From NCBI GenBank assembly GCA_951406725.2, contig OX597826.1:12648001-12712000 (forward strand): a stretch of DNA of 64,000 nucleotides, in the 5' to 3' direction. Below, in pieces: positions 13,948 to 26,230 of the stretch (the first letter of the stretch is position 1; every line of letters begins with the position of its first letter). Source of the stretch: Octopus vulgaris. Taxonomy: Eukaryota. Position numbers and translations under genes: made by a program. The notes beneath the pieces were generated by a model, which saw only the letters and a program-made list of their open reading frames with translations, did no database searches and had not been told where the DNA came from.

Positions 13948-15005
13948 GAATACGCACACGCACAAACAAAGACGTACGAATCTATACACACACACACCTA
14001 TGCATATTTACAAACGTCTGAGCCAGCATTAGATTATTTGTAACGCCAGAAACGGCAGCTTAATCTCAATCAAACCAAGCACCAATGTCTTAAAAATAGA
14101 AAGTAACTTTGGCTGATATAATTCCTGATCTACAAACAGACGTATCACCATGGCTGGACTGTCACTCAGCATACGAAATCTTGATTAGTGTTGGGCCAGA
14201 GTGATATAACAACAACAAAAATAAGTGCATATATGTATAGTGTTATGAGAAGGTGGGTGAATATTATTCTCTGCAAATGCTAGCTGTGGAGGGGGGAAGA
14301 ACTTACACGCAAGGACTGTCGAGTACATGAAGATTATAAGTCATTCATTAATACCCAGAGTCTAGGAAGAGCCAAGAGTGATCTCTATATATAAAAGTAA
14401 AATGGCCGAAAGTTGTATGTGTGCGTGTCTCATTTAGTGGTTATGCAGGGTTCAATGGCACTAGGCGTGCTCGGAATGCAGCGACAATTTACAGGAACAT
14501 GTAAAATGCGGTGAGGAAGCGACTGAACAAGGTTAGAAATTTCCATCTCAAAAGCTATTGTTACTAGGGCAACAAAACCCATTTCCGATCGATTCTGCAA
14601 GCTGTGGAGGTGTGTTTTGTGGACGATTTTCATAAAAAGCACACTTGCATAAACTACAGGATCTTCTGTTTAATGGTTCCTCATTTTTTCGTGGAAAATG
14701 TTGTTTAAAAGAAAAGATTTTATGAAGTTAAAAAAAGTTACATTTTTAGTAGTTTTACCGTTTGATTTTTTTTCCTGGTTGCATCTTTGATTTGTTCTGC
14801 ATAAAAAATTATACCACCCTGTAGGATGTGATGAGAAATATTTTGAGGATTTTGTGTCAACCGAAGCCTTAACAGCAGATTAGGTAGCCGAAAACTCAAA
14901 GCATTTCGTTTTATATAGAAGTGTACATATATCAATGTATGTGTGTGTATTTGTGTTAGACTGCTTTTCTCCATTACAATATAAAAGATATCTCATGGTT
15001 TAAAT

Positions 15006-15285
15006 CAGTGGTTCTCAACCGGGATCCCTGTGGATTTCAAAACCCCTGAAATGAATATGTATTACTATGAATATGCATTACTATGCAGTGCTAGAAACAG
15101 CTTGGATTCTATCTCTAACTTTGTACATAGTTTAACTTATACAAATTAATGTGTAAAGAACAAAACAGGAATTTTGAAAGAAGTATCTTTAGGACTAGTT
15201 TTTAAATATCGAATGGCTATGGGGACCCACTAGAATAAATTAGTAATCAAAGGGGTCAACAGAAAAAAATAGTTGCGAAACCCTG
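15006..15285. mobile_element. hAT (Charlie/Buster-type) MITE
   Basis: TIRs CAGTGGTTCTCAAC / GTTGCGAAACCCTG; perfect 8-bp TSD GTTTAAAT (14998-15005, 15286-15293). Confidence 0.85.
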
Positions 15286-16538
15286 GTTTAAATGATTCGC
15301 CTTATTTTCTCTCAACAGACAACATCCCAGAAGTCCTCGAATTCTACAGGTCCTTTTGTCGTTACAATCACTCTTCCACTCCGTTTGTTAAACAACTCTT
15401 TAACCGAATGCGTTCTTACTATACTTTATTATGGTTCCTTTAGAAACACATGGCTTTCACTATCATGCAAGCCGAAAGCGACGAGCTGGCAAACTCGTTA
15501 CATCAGACAAAATGCTTAGCAGTATTACGCCTGCATTTACGCTCTGGGTTCAAATTACGATGAAATAATTACCAGTTCAGCACTGGGTCGATGTAATCAA
15601 CGTCTCCTCCTTTACTTCGACTCTACTGGCCTTGTGGCTAAATTTGAAACCAATATCATGCTAACCTATCAAATCGATTCCTATGTTAACATACTTTCGA
15701 GCACCTTCTGCATCTTACTATCTTCGCCATACTTTCATTCTACATTTTTTTTATCCTCTGTACATCATTTGTATCTTTTTTACCCTCTTTGTCTTTGTTT
15801 ATATTTCGTCTTTCCTTTTTCGACTTGGCTGTCTCTCGATTTCGTACTTACTGTCTTCTTCCATTTAAGACTCGTAGTTTTTCTAGTTGTTCTATCGCAA
15901 TTTTTTCTACTCTTACAAGTTAATATCTTGTCAAATGTTTAATATTTTAAATGTTAGATTTCATAAGTGTCTAAACTTTCCAACTCTTGCTATTTGTAAG
16001 CCTCATCTTGACTTAAATATTTATAACCCCTGTCGAAGTCTCTAATTTATAATAAAAATTTCACGATGCTAGCCTTGACACAATGTGCATTATCTAAGGT
16101 TTACTTAAATTGTTGTTTCATATATATATATATATATGTGTGTGTGTGAGAGAGAGAGAGAGTGAGTGAGTGAGTGAGTGAGTGAATGCGTGTGTTTCAT
16201 TAAATACACAACTCTTGTTAATTTATGTTTATGTTTCACATTTTCTCGCCTTTTGGCAGTTGATTTAGAACAATACAGTTTTTAAATCCACCCCTGACGT
16301 TTCTAGACCTTCACAATTGTATATTCAGTTGGAAATAAATGAAACTGGGAAGATCTCAAAACGCTGGATGTCGATTTAGGGATCCTACTTTTCCAAACTA
16401 AGTATAAAATGCTAAAAAAAATATAAAAAATATAAAACAAAACAAAGAACTGAACATTGGAATTTAATGAAACATGCATAAAAGGAAAACTATTCACCTT
16501 ATATACGAATATGTGAGTGTGTCTGAGTGCGTGCGTGC

Positions 16539-16585
<47 letters not shown>

Positions 16586-16740
16586 ATTATTTGGGATACG
16601 GTGTGGATGTCTACACCTTCGCATATTTTGTTTGAAGAAGATAAGTAGTTGATATATGGAAGCAAACATCAGACAAGAGTATTACCGTGGGTGTAAACGT
16701 AATTTAAATAAGTCCAGTTAGTGTGTCACAGCCATAGAAA

Positions 16741-16962
16741 TATTGATTTCAAAACTTGGCACAATGCCAGCAATTTTGGGTGAGGGTGTAAGTCGATTGT
16801 ATCGACCCCAGTACTCAACTGATACTCATATTATCGACCCCAAAAAGGATGAAAAGCAAAGTTGACCTCGACAGAATTTGAACTCAGAATATGAAGACAG
16901 GTAAAATATCACTAAGCTGTTTTTGGCCCGGCGTGCTAATGAATCTGCCAGCTCTCCGCCTT
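16741..16962 (-). mobile_element. SINE family 3, older subfamily with TTGTGCCAAG..GAAATCAATA tail
   Basis: Head GGCGGAGAGCTGGCAGA..TTAGCACGCCGGGC, TTCTGAGTTCAAATTC B-box region. Confidence 0.75.
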
Positions 16963-18188
16963 TAGCCATAGTTCTTGTATGTTGATGTGTGAAATCTCAC
17001 GTATCAGTTGTAACAGATGACACGAAGCACAGAAATTCAGAATTTTCTTCAGTGCAAGAGGTGGATGGTCATTTGAAAAGTGGTTTTAATTTTTGTTGCA
17101 TGTATGAATGGTTCAATATATTCATGCAAACTTTCTGTTAAACCGGGATGAATCAAAACTCTGATTAAAGACAATCCAGTTATACTCTTATTGACTTTTT
17201 ATAACTATCTAAAACTATATAACTTAATGCCACATTATGTAAATAAAGTCTTGAATAAAACGGAGACAGTCCTAGATTCTATGAAGAAATATCCTTGGAG
17301 ATAAGCTTTCGATAGCTCATTCTGATTCAATTGTGCTAATCTGTTGTGAACATCAGAGTCTTTGAAACGGATATCCACACTGAATAATGAAGCATTTGTT
17401 AACACGTAGCTCCCATGGCTGGGACACCTCTTACCGGATGTCTGCTTCGTAAGATCTGATTGGGCTAAGTTGTAACAGAGACAACAGTAACAACTACATT
17501 TAAGTATATAGTTGGGAAAAAAAGGAAGGAAACTACCAGATGCTATTGAAATAATGCGAGTGGAGAAAAAGTCATAGCGTTGGGATGTCCTAGGAAAATA
17601 TGATTAGATTGTTACTTCCTATTCAAGAATAATATTAGCTAAAGCAATATTCATCAAATAAACAGAGCTACGTTATACTTTAGTAACGGATAGAATAATT
17701 AGCGCTATTTTGTCCAGCTTTACTCTCTGAATTCAAATTCAGGCCAGGTCAAATCCGTTTTTCTTCATTTTGGGGTACTAGTGAAGTACGAAAGGACGAG
17801 TCCTTCCCGCCTTCGCTACACTCCCTCCCCACCCTATCCCTCTCTCTCTCAATCTATCTGTCTGTCTGTCTGTCTCCATCTCTCTCTCATGGAATCCGCA
17901 GGGTGATACACGTTGCACTCTTCAGATGGTCTAACGGTGATGACTAACAAGAAACTTGGGTATGTAAGACGTTGTGTGTGTTTTTGCATTTTGTGTATTC
18001 CGCTCTGATCATTTACATCCACGGACACTGAAGATTGAGCTTCAGCAAATAGAAATCGATAAATTAAGGACCACACGTTAAAAAGTTAAACAGTGCTGAT
18101 GTCACTTCCGTCGCCTGTACCCATCAATTGGGGATCATGTATAGCCGCAGTCAAATGACTGAATACAAGTAATATATATATATATATA

Positions 18189-18603
18189 GGCGTAGGAGTG
18201 GTTGTGTGGTAAGTAGCTTGCTAACCAACCACATGGTTCCGGTTCAGTCCCACTGCGTGGCATCTTGGGCAAGTGTCTTCTGCTATAGCCCCGGACCGAC
18301 CAATGCCTTGTGAGTGGATTTGGTAGACGGAAACTGAAAGAAGCCCGTCGTATATATGTATATATATATTTGTATGTGTGTGTTTGTGTGTCTGTGTTTG
18401 TCCCCCTAGCATTGCTTGACAACCGATGCTGGTGTGTTTACGTCCCCGTCATTTAGCGGTTCGGCAAAAAGAGACCGATAGAGTAAGTACTGGGTTTACA
18501 AAGAATAAGTCCCGGGGTCGATTTAATTGACTAAAGGCGGTGCTCCAGCATGACCGCAGTCAAATGACTGAAACAAGTAAAAGAGTAAAAAAGTAAAAAG
18601 AGA
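18189..18603 (+). mobile_element. SINE family 2, near full length
   Basis: GGCGTAGGAGTGGTTGTGTGGTAAG head through GACTGAAACAAGTAAAAGAGTAAAA tail. Confidence 0.9.
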
Positions 18604-18659
18604 ATATGTGTGTGTGTGTGTGTGTACGTGTGTGTGTGCATATATATATATATATATAT

Positions 18660-19292
18660 TAGTTTTATCGTAATAATCCCGATACTCACTCTACAACCTA
18701 TCTCTATTCTATCTCCTCTCTTGTTCTTCTTCCTTTCCGTTTTCTCACCCATCCTTTCTCTAATTCTTCTCTTCTCCCCTTCACCGTTCCCCCCTCTCTC
18801 TCTCTCTCTCTCTCTCTTCCTCCTTGACTCTCTTGTTGCCCACATGTGACCAACAATTATCTATCTTTCTTTCTTTCTCCCACTTCCTTCCTAAAGAAAA
18901 GACGTGCTTTTGCTTGTCTCTTCTCAAACCTCGTTTTTCCAGCGTTCACCACTTCCCCTTGTTACGGCTTAACAGCCCTCACCGTTTAATTTTACTGTTT
19001 TGTCCTTACTGTCATGTTTTTGTTACCGATTTATCCAACCGCAGAAATTCCAAATTTTATATATTTTGCTTTGCGAGAACGACTATTTTAACGAAGTTGC
19101 ATGTTGTCACTACCTTCGAAACGCGAAGTAAATAAAGGTGGGTTCAACTGAGGAAGAGAATGTTCTTTATGTTGCTTGTCTCGTTTCTCTATTTGTTTCT
19201 TTCGTTACTCGAAAAAAAGTGTTTTTTCCATGCTTTTGTTTTTATGTTCCCGTTTCTCATTTTGTTCACGTTTTTTTTGCGTCCGGTACGCA
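18660..19292 (+). mobile_element. (TA)n-inserted pLTR-like element, GTACAGGAC-end family
   Basis: Pyrimidine-rich body, CGAAAC..GTA..CTGAGGA motif, end GCGTCCGGTACGCA-TATATA. Confidence 0.55.
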
Positions 19293-19305
19293 TATATATA
19301 TATAA

Positions 19306-19822
19306 CTAGCAGTATCGCCCGGCGTTGCTCGGGTTTGTAAGGGAAATAACTATATAAGCATTTTTAGAGAGTTACTTCCCTTATAGATGCCAATTCGGGC
19401 TTTCTTAGCCATTTCTGTTTTGGTGTCTTCAAGCCATGAAGTCGTTGTTCTAAAAGAACGCTGGTCTCCTTGACAACGCTTTACGACGTTGATTTCCTTA
19501 CACTCCCTTCCCCACAACTTCACGAGGGAGGGAATAAGGGGGAGAAACAAACACAGGTGCAGGTGTTTGAGCGTGGACGCCAACTCCGCCATCATCGACA
19601 CACGAAAAATTATGCATTAAAATGGAATAAAAAATGATGTTAAATTATTTTTAAAATCGTAGACTCATCGTAGACGCGCGCTAATAGCCAGACGGGCTCG
19701 AAATTAATCACGACTATAAGATACCCGAATTTGGTTAAACTGCACCGCAAAATGTGGGAGGAGTTAGGAATCTAAATCGAAGGGGACAGACACTCACACA
19801 ACTAGAGTTTTATATATATAGA
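19306..19822 (-). mobile_element. Non-autonomous Helitron
   Basis: Minus strand: A|TCTATATATATAAAAC...CCCGAGCAACGCCGGG hairpin..CTAG|T, the canonical termini and AT target. Confidence 0.85.
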
Positions 19823-19829
19823 TTTATAT

Positions 19830-19904
<75 letters not shown>

Positions 19905-19935
19905 TGTGTGTAAGCAGGTTTTAGGTGTGTGCGGG

Positions 19936-20010
<75 letters not shown>

Positions 20011-20120
20011 ATGGAATAATCACTATGAAGCATAGTGTAGTATATGCCATATGCGTGTATGGCTGTATATATGTATGCATGCATATATGTGAATATAAAT
20101 GTGTACATATTACATGCACA

Positions 20121-20162
<42 letters not shown>

Positions 20163-20209
20163 CATCTACACATGTACATGTATACATATACATATATATG
20201 TATAGAAAT

Positions 20210-20326
20210 ACATGGACCCTAAGTAAGGCATGTGTAAAATTTGAATGAAATTGGTTGTGTAGTTCTCAAGTTTTAGGGATTCACACAGACAGACAGACGC
20301 ACATACTCAGTTTTATATATATAGAT
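20210..20326 (-). mobile_element. Helitron 5' fragment (related 5' fragments on + at about 14381 and 20577)
   Basis: TCTATATATATAAAACTGAG..(TCTG)n start, similar to the 19822 end. Confidence 0.55.
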
Positions 20327-20329
20327 ATA

Positions 20330-20413
<84 letters not shown>

Positions 20414-20894
20414 TGTATGCATGCATTTGATGTATGCTTGTAGTTTCATTGTATATACATACCCGTGCGTAAGAGATAGGGAATTCTACTTTGGGTTAAC
20501 ACTTCAAATGAGAGAAGATAGATTTTGATTTTAGATTAATAAAGCATTGACGCGCTTCACGTGAAATTTGAACACTATCTTTGTATATATAAAACTGAGA
20601 ATGTGTGTCTGTCTGTCTGTGTGTTAATACAAGAATTGCGGCTTTGCCGTCTTGCCGCTCATAGTTTAAAAGAGTTTACAAAGAAGTAATAATAAACGTG
20701 ATAAACAGGAGAGTCTCTGTCATTTTCATAAACGTACATATATGCATAAACGTACATATATGCATATGTGTATTTGTGTGAAATTGTGCATCCATTCATA
20801 TATACTAACATACCTATACATATATATATATATATAAATACGCGCTCGTTTGTGTGTGTGTGTGAATGTGTTTTTGTGTTATTGTGTGTGTGTA

Positions 20895-20926
<32 letters not shown>

Positions 20927-21793
20927 CATGTGTGTTAGGAATTGAAGTATTGGAAACTGTACATTGTTTATGAAAGTCTAATGTATTTATGTGGTGACTT
21001 TTGAAAAGTTACACTGAGTTAACGTACAGTTAATAGTTGAGGATAAAAGAAATTGTTTTATTTTTATTTCTGTATGAAACCGGAGTTAAGTACCGACCAT
21101 TAATATTGTTGCAGTTCCTGGAAGAAACGAAATGGTTGAATGAATAAAGTATTGAACTTGTAGATAAATCTGTAGCAGGCATTTCATTACAGTCACAGAT
21201 CGCTTATTTGTGGGAATAGATCCCAAATCTCTGGTTGTCAGCTTCGTGATTAATTCTACAGAAACCAGAATTAAATAACACATCTAATATCCCTTGAGAT
21301 TTGTGAAAGAAGAAACTATTTTGAGTTTGTATGTGAACCATAATAGATGCTTAATGGAAAATTTAAAATCGAAATACAAGTTCTAAAGAATTCTTCACAA
21401 TAATTCCATAGTTCATGAAATACAAAGATATCAGTCATTGAATATAAGACGACGTAAACCGAAGGGAAATATGCCAGAGAAGTGGAAAACGCATGGAGGA
21501 ATTCCAAAGTATACTGGCTTGCAGACGAATGTGTGGTGCCAAATGGTATTGAAATCTATCAATAATTTGAAAGTTGTGTCTAGAAATACACTTGTACGTA
21601 AGGCCAACTAAGGAAATATTTCTCTCTATATACCATTCCAATCAAGTAGATGCTTGTCAATATGAATAATTATTCTCTGCTCTTTTTGTCTTCACTCTCA
21701 AAAGAAGAGACTTATCTTGGTTTATTTTCGTTGCCATTTCTATAATCTTATGTGTTGAAATCACAAAAGAATTTTTTCTGTCAAGTTTTAAAA

Positions 21794-21862
21794 TTAAAAC
21801 CAATTGATTCTTTTCTTTGTCTGCAGTAATTTCTGTTTTCTTTTCCTCGACGTACGTAATGT
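21794..21862 (-). CDS. Candidate terminal exon (TLRTSRKRKQKLLQTKKRINWF*)
   Basis: Acceptor TTCTCTTTGTAG; phase 0 matches the 22513 donor; no recognised homology. Confidence 0.2.
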   Translation of the reverse strand, partial: TLRTSRKRKQKLLQTKKRINWF

Positions 21863-22512
21863 CTACAAAGAGAACGGCTGCTGGATTGAGACAAGCAATC
21901 AAGTGCAAGATTAATGGCTTGATGTTGATTGCGTTCATTTATTTTCTGAGTTCAAATGCGACTGGTACTTGAATTTCATTTCACAAAGTGTCACTAGCAT
22001 ACACCACAGTCGCTAAAATAAGTATTCAGTCGATCATGTCGACGCTACCTCTCCTTTAGATATTTATGGTTCATATTTAATAGACGTTGGACCTCTTACG
22101 TGTGAAATTTCATGGTATGCCAGATATTAATGTCGTTCACGTTTGGACTCAGCTGCTATTAAACTACGAGCTTGCAGAATAGCTAACACGCCAGACATAA
22201 AGCTTAGAGGCATTTCTTCCAACTTTACATTCTAAGTTCAAATGCAACTATCAACGATAAAATAAGTACCAATCATGTATTGGGGTTGATGGAATCAACT
22301 TTCCTTCCTTCAAAATTTTAGGCTTTGTGCCTATATTAGGAAGGATTTTATAGAGAGTATTACATGAAACAAGTTTTGTTATGAAGCATTATAATTTGTC
22401 TTATTTCTTCTTTAAGCTTTGTTCTACATTTAATAAAATAGTAATGTATATATGAAATAACATGGCAAGACTAATCTACACACAGGGTTCCACCTAGGGG
22501 TGTCTCACTTAC

Positions 22513-22625
22513 TCTTTTGTAGAATTTCTCTTCGGCCGGAAATGACCAGAATAAAATTTCTGTTGGATTTAAAGAGTTCAGCATGTAATAGAGGGCCTTC
22601 TGCATCTTACTATCAGAGAGTACTT
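22513..22625 (-). CDS. Candidate internal exon (VLSDSKMQKALYYMLNSLNPTEILFWSFPAEEKFYKR)
   Basis: Acceptor TTTTTACTCAG, donor AGA|GTAAGT, 113 nt with one stop-free frame. Confidence 0.4.
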
Positions 22626-22750
22626 CTGAGTAAAAATTATGTTTGACCAATCATGATTCCAACACTGTTTCAATATTTTGTGGAGACAACTTTCGTGCTT
22701 TATATAACTATTGTTTACACAAAAAGTGGATGCAAAACACAGTACCTCAC

Positions 22751-22837
22751 TTTGCATCTCTCGAGACACATCTCCATTGTATTTAATAAAGAGATTTCTA
22801 GAGAAAAATCCATAGTCAGCTGCTAGTTTCCAGTCCT
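22751..22837 (-). CDS. Candidate internal exon (DWKLAADYGFFSRNLFIKYNGDVSREMQ)
   Basis: Donor CAAA|GTGAGG gives phase 1, compatible with the next exon; acceptor AAACAG is weak. Confidence 0.3.
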
Positions 22838-24047
22838 CTGTTTTCAGAGTCCAAAACTGTTTTCAGAGTCAAAACTAGTCCAAAAACAGGACTAGTTTTC
22901 CGTCCTCTCAATTGTGCCCCAGTTAATTCGCTAAAAACCACTTCCATTTTTATAGCTCTGGAACGCTTTTAAGATTATAATAACTCAATATTTAACTTAA
23001 GATTCCGAGGTGATTGTCTTCCAGTTCGCTTAAGTAAAGTTGCAGTTATATAGTAATATAATATGAATCAAATATTATGTATTTTAAAAAAGAAATGAAC
23101 ATATCAACCACTGAAAAGAATTATATTTTCTTTGAATAGTGTTCAGATTACAAATGGGTGGATTGAGAATATATAATTAGATTCAGTCTTTATGCCTTAA
23201 CCAATGTAATCGCATGGTATCAAAATGACTGCTATTTTCATTTAATGTTCTTCGTTAAACGAGAATTTTCTAATAGTTATATTACGTTTATATGTTTTTC
23301 TTTTTACTTTCCTCAATATTTTCGCATTTTCTTTGCGATTTTTTCCCATCAGAATGAAAACATTTTCGATTTTTTTTTTTAGAAAATATCGAATGCAATA
23401 TCTTTATTATGGACATTTTTAATGAATTATGAAAATGTCGATTTTTGTGCATTATACACATAAAAACAAAAATTACATGGTTCTCTTATATTATTAGATT
23501 GCAAATATTTTGGACTTCCATTTATTGATAGCGTAATTTTCATGGAAACGTTATCATTATAGTCAAGGAAGGTAGCCACGTGTATGAAATATGCTCAACT
23601 TCTATATATCAGCTATCAAAATATATAGCAATTTATAGTGAGAGCAGTTAGGATTTAATAAAAGGATTATCTCTTGATAATAAATATAATAGCATGTTAC
23701 CGTTGCATGCTCCCAACTTAGAGAAAGATATATTCTTACGTTCTTGTACATATTTTATATCAAAATAATTCAACAATAGCGTCGTTTATTTCATGTTTCC
23801 AACAGTTCGTTCACAAGTTCTCTGCATGTCTAATAGACAGTATTGATTCCAAGGAACTGTCTATAATTTGGTAAAGAACAAATATTACAAAAGACAAATA
23901 TGAAGGATACGTATAGAGATGGTGACTTTTTTCCCTCTAAAGTGGAACAACCATGCATTATTTTTCATACCCTACCCCAGGGTATTACTTCCTTACAATG
24001 GTGCTAAACGTTTTGGAATCAGCTGTTGTTTTAATCCTTCATTGACA

Positions 24048-24271
24048 ACTTCTCCGTCCGGGTTGCGGATCTGTGGAATAAACTACCGGACGAGATAGTG
24101 AAGATGCCGACGATCGCTCGGTTCAAAGTCTCTCTTGACCAGAAATGGCCTGAACTCTTTGTATGAACACCCTCCCTGTACATAACTCCATGTCCCCCTA
24201 CATGGCCTTGCTTTTGCTTTTTGAGCCAAAAAAATTAAATTAAAATTAAATTCAATTAAAATTAAATTAAC
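24048..24271 (+). mobile_element. CR1-group LINE, 5'-truncated 3' end
   Basis: FSVRVADLWNKLPDEIVKMPTIARFKVSLDQKWPELFV*, (AAATT)n tail, 9-bp TSD TCATTGACA (24039-24047, 24272-24280). Confidence 0.85.
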
Positions 24272-25144
24272 TCATTGACACAAAATAACAGGTCCGAGAA
24301 TAGATTCCTGGTATTGGCAACAGAATTAGAAGAATCCATCTGCATGAATTAATAGAAGTTCGATCAGAAATAATTCAAGAATGTCATTGAGTACGTGAAG
24401 AACCATGACCAATAACAACGAACATGAGGAAATATATCTGAGTAGAATAATGATAATTCTTAATTTCATTAATCCATCCATTCATCCAACTTAGAATTTA
24501 ATCCCAGTCCTGATAATAAACGACAAATTTTAACACCTCCAATATCAGTTGTAGATGTCTAATAGAGCCGCAGTTTTATGGTAGATTTTAGCCGGGATAA
24601 AATCACGGTTATAATTTGAAAGGTGATCCGTATGGATTAACTGGATATAAAGCTGGCACGTAGAGGACTTTCTATAGGAAAATGCCTTTATAGGAATCAG
24701 ACACTACAAAGTAAAAATATATGCACATCAAATATCTAATTACATGCAAGGTTATGTTACTGGTTTACACAATGCATCACGCAGTGTACATCTATCATCG
24801 TTTGTCGATGATTCATTTATCACTGATACAAGTAGCCGTGTTACACTTATCACAAATTGATCGGCGGTCAGTCAAACCCTCTAACTGCCCTAGCGCGGTA
24901 TTCAGTGCAAATTGGGTTCTCAGCATGAAACCTATTTTTCACATATGTTCTATTGTACATTTATCACGGATTCATTTAAAACGGCGGTGTTTTTCTTTTA
25001 AGCAACCGCCAGAGAAAACGAGGCTAGATATGTAATAGACGTGTGTATTTTGATTTCTTTTTCGCATTTTTCTTTCAAAACAGCAACAGAGTTTGCAAGC
25101 CAAACATGTGCATAAAGGAGAGACTAGAGAAAATAATTACTATG

Positions 25145-25454
25145 TGAAAATATATATGCAGAAATGCCGTAGGCAGAATATCATAGTCGCCATGGAAGGC
25201 ATACAATACGATATTGGAAATTTGAAAATTCAAGAGATCATTATTATTTAAAAAATGAGTTTTCCATTAACAATAGTGTCCAGAATAAAGGATTTTGAAA
25301 CCGAAAGGTTGAAATAGTGAAAAATAAAAGCGAAAGCTTTTGTTTCATATGTATTTTCGTTTACATTCCAATATTTTCAGCTTATAGTGAAGTGGTTCTC
25401 CAAATACGGTTTAAATATATACATCTATTGCATACATACACACACACACTTATA
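25145..25454 (+). repeat. About 310-bp segment, source arm of an inverted repeat
   Basis: Close reverse complement of 26806-27120. Confidence 0.9.
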
Positions 25455-25487
25455 TTTTACATATATGTACGTATATATGTATGTATT

Positions 25488-25542
<55 letters not shown>

Positions 25543-25601
25543 ATATGCACGTTTATGCATATGTATGTATTTTCATATACGTAGATATCATATATATATA
25601 T

Positions 25602-25835
25602 ATCCCCTTCGGTCATGAATGACCATGGGATTGCACCTAGAAAGTTACCCTCCTAGACACAAGTCCGGGCAAGGTTGTTTATGGAAGACCAGCAGTCGCC
25701 CATGCACACCAGCCTCCCCTCTCCACGCCACCAGTGTTATCCAAGGGAAAGACAAAGGTCGATACAGCTTGGCACCAGTGACGTCGCAACTCATTTCTAC
25801 AGCTGAGTGAACTGGAGCAACGTGAAATAAAGTGC
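25602..25835 (-). mobile_element. SINE family 4 (headless copy)
   Basis: CACTTTATTTCACGTTGCTCCAGTTCACTCAGCTGTAGAAATGAGTTGCGACG..; homologous to 40250-40487. Confidence 0.75.
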
Positions 25836-25985
25836 CATATATATATATATACATACAAATGTGCGTATATTCGTATATGAACATGCAGACATAGCAGATA
25901 TATATTATACATGAATTCATCCATTATGTGAGCGCGTATGCATCGTTGGTGATTTTCTTTCTCCGTCTTCCCTTCTTTGGACTTT

Positions 25986-26030
25986 TACTATATTTCTGAG
26001 GAAGTGCTCCGCTCGAAACGTGAAATCGTC
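25986..26030 (+). ncRNA. Decayed minimal hammerhead motif
   Basis: ATTT-CTGAGGA-A-GTGC-TCC-GCTC-GAAAC-GTG-AAAT; G at the cleavage position suggests it is inactive. Confidence 0.45.
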
Positions 26031-26081
26031 TTTCTTTTCTTTCCTTTCATGAGCGTCCAATAACACTGTACTTATTCCACG

Positions 26082-26161
<80 letters not shown>

Positions 26162-26166
26162 TTATA

Positions 26167-26229
<63 letters not shown>

Positions 26230-26230
<1 letters not shown>

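Noticed and set aside
17936-18010. C/D box snoRNA (GTGATGA..CTGA)
   Set aside because: No terminal stem or recognisable guide; the boxes are short enough to occur by chance
23900-24352. Open frame restored by removing the CR1 insert
   Set aside because: About 70 codons, no recognisable motif or splice support
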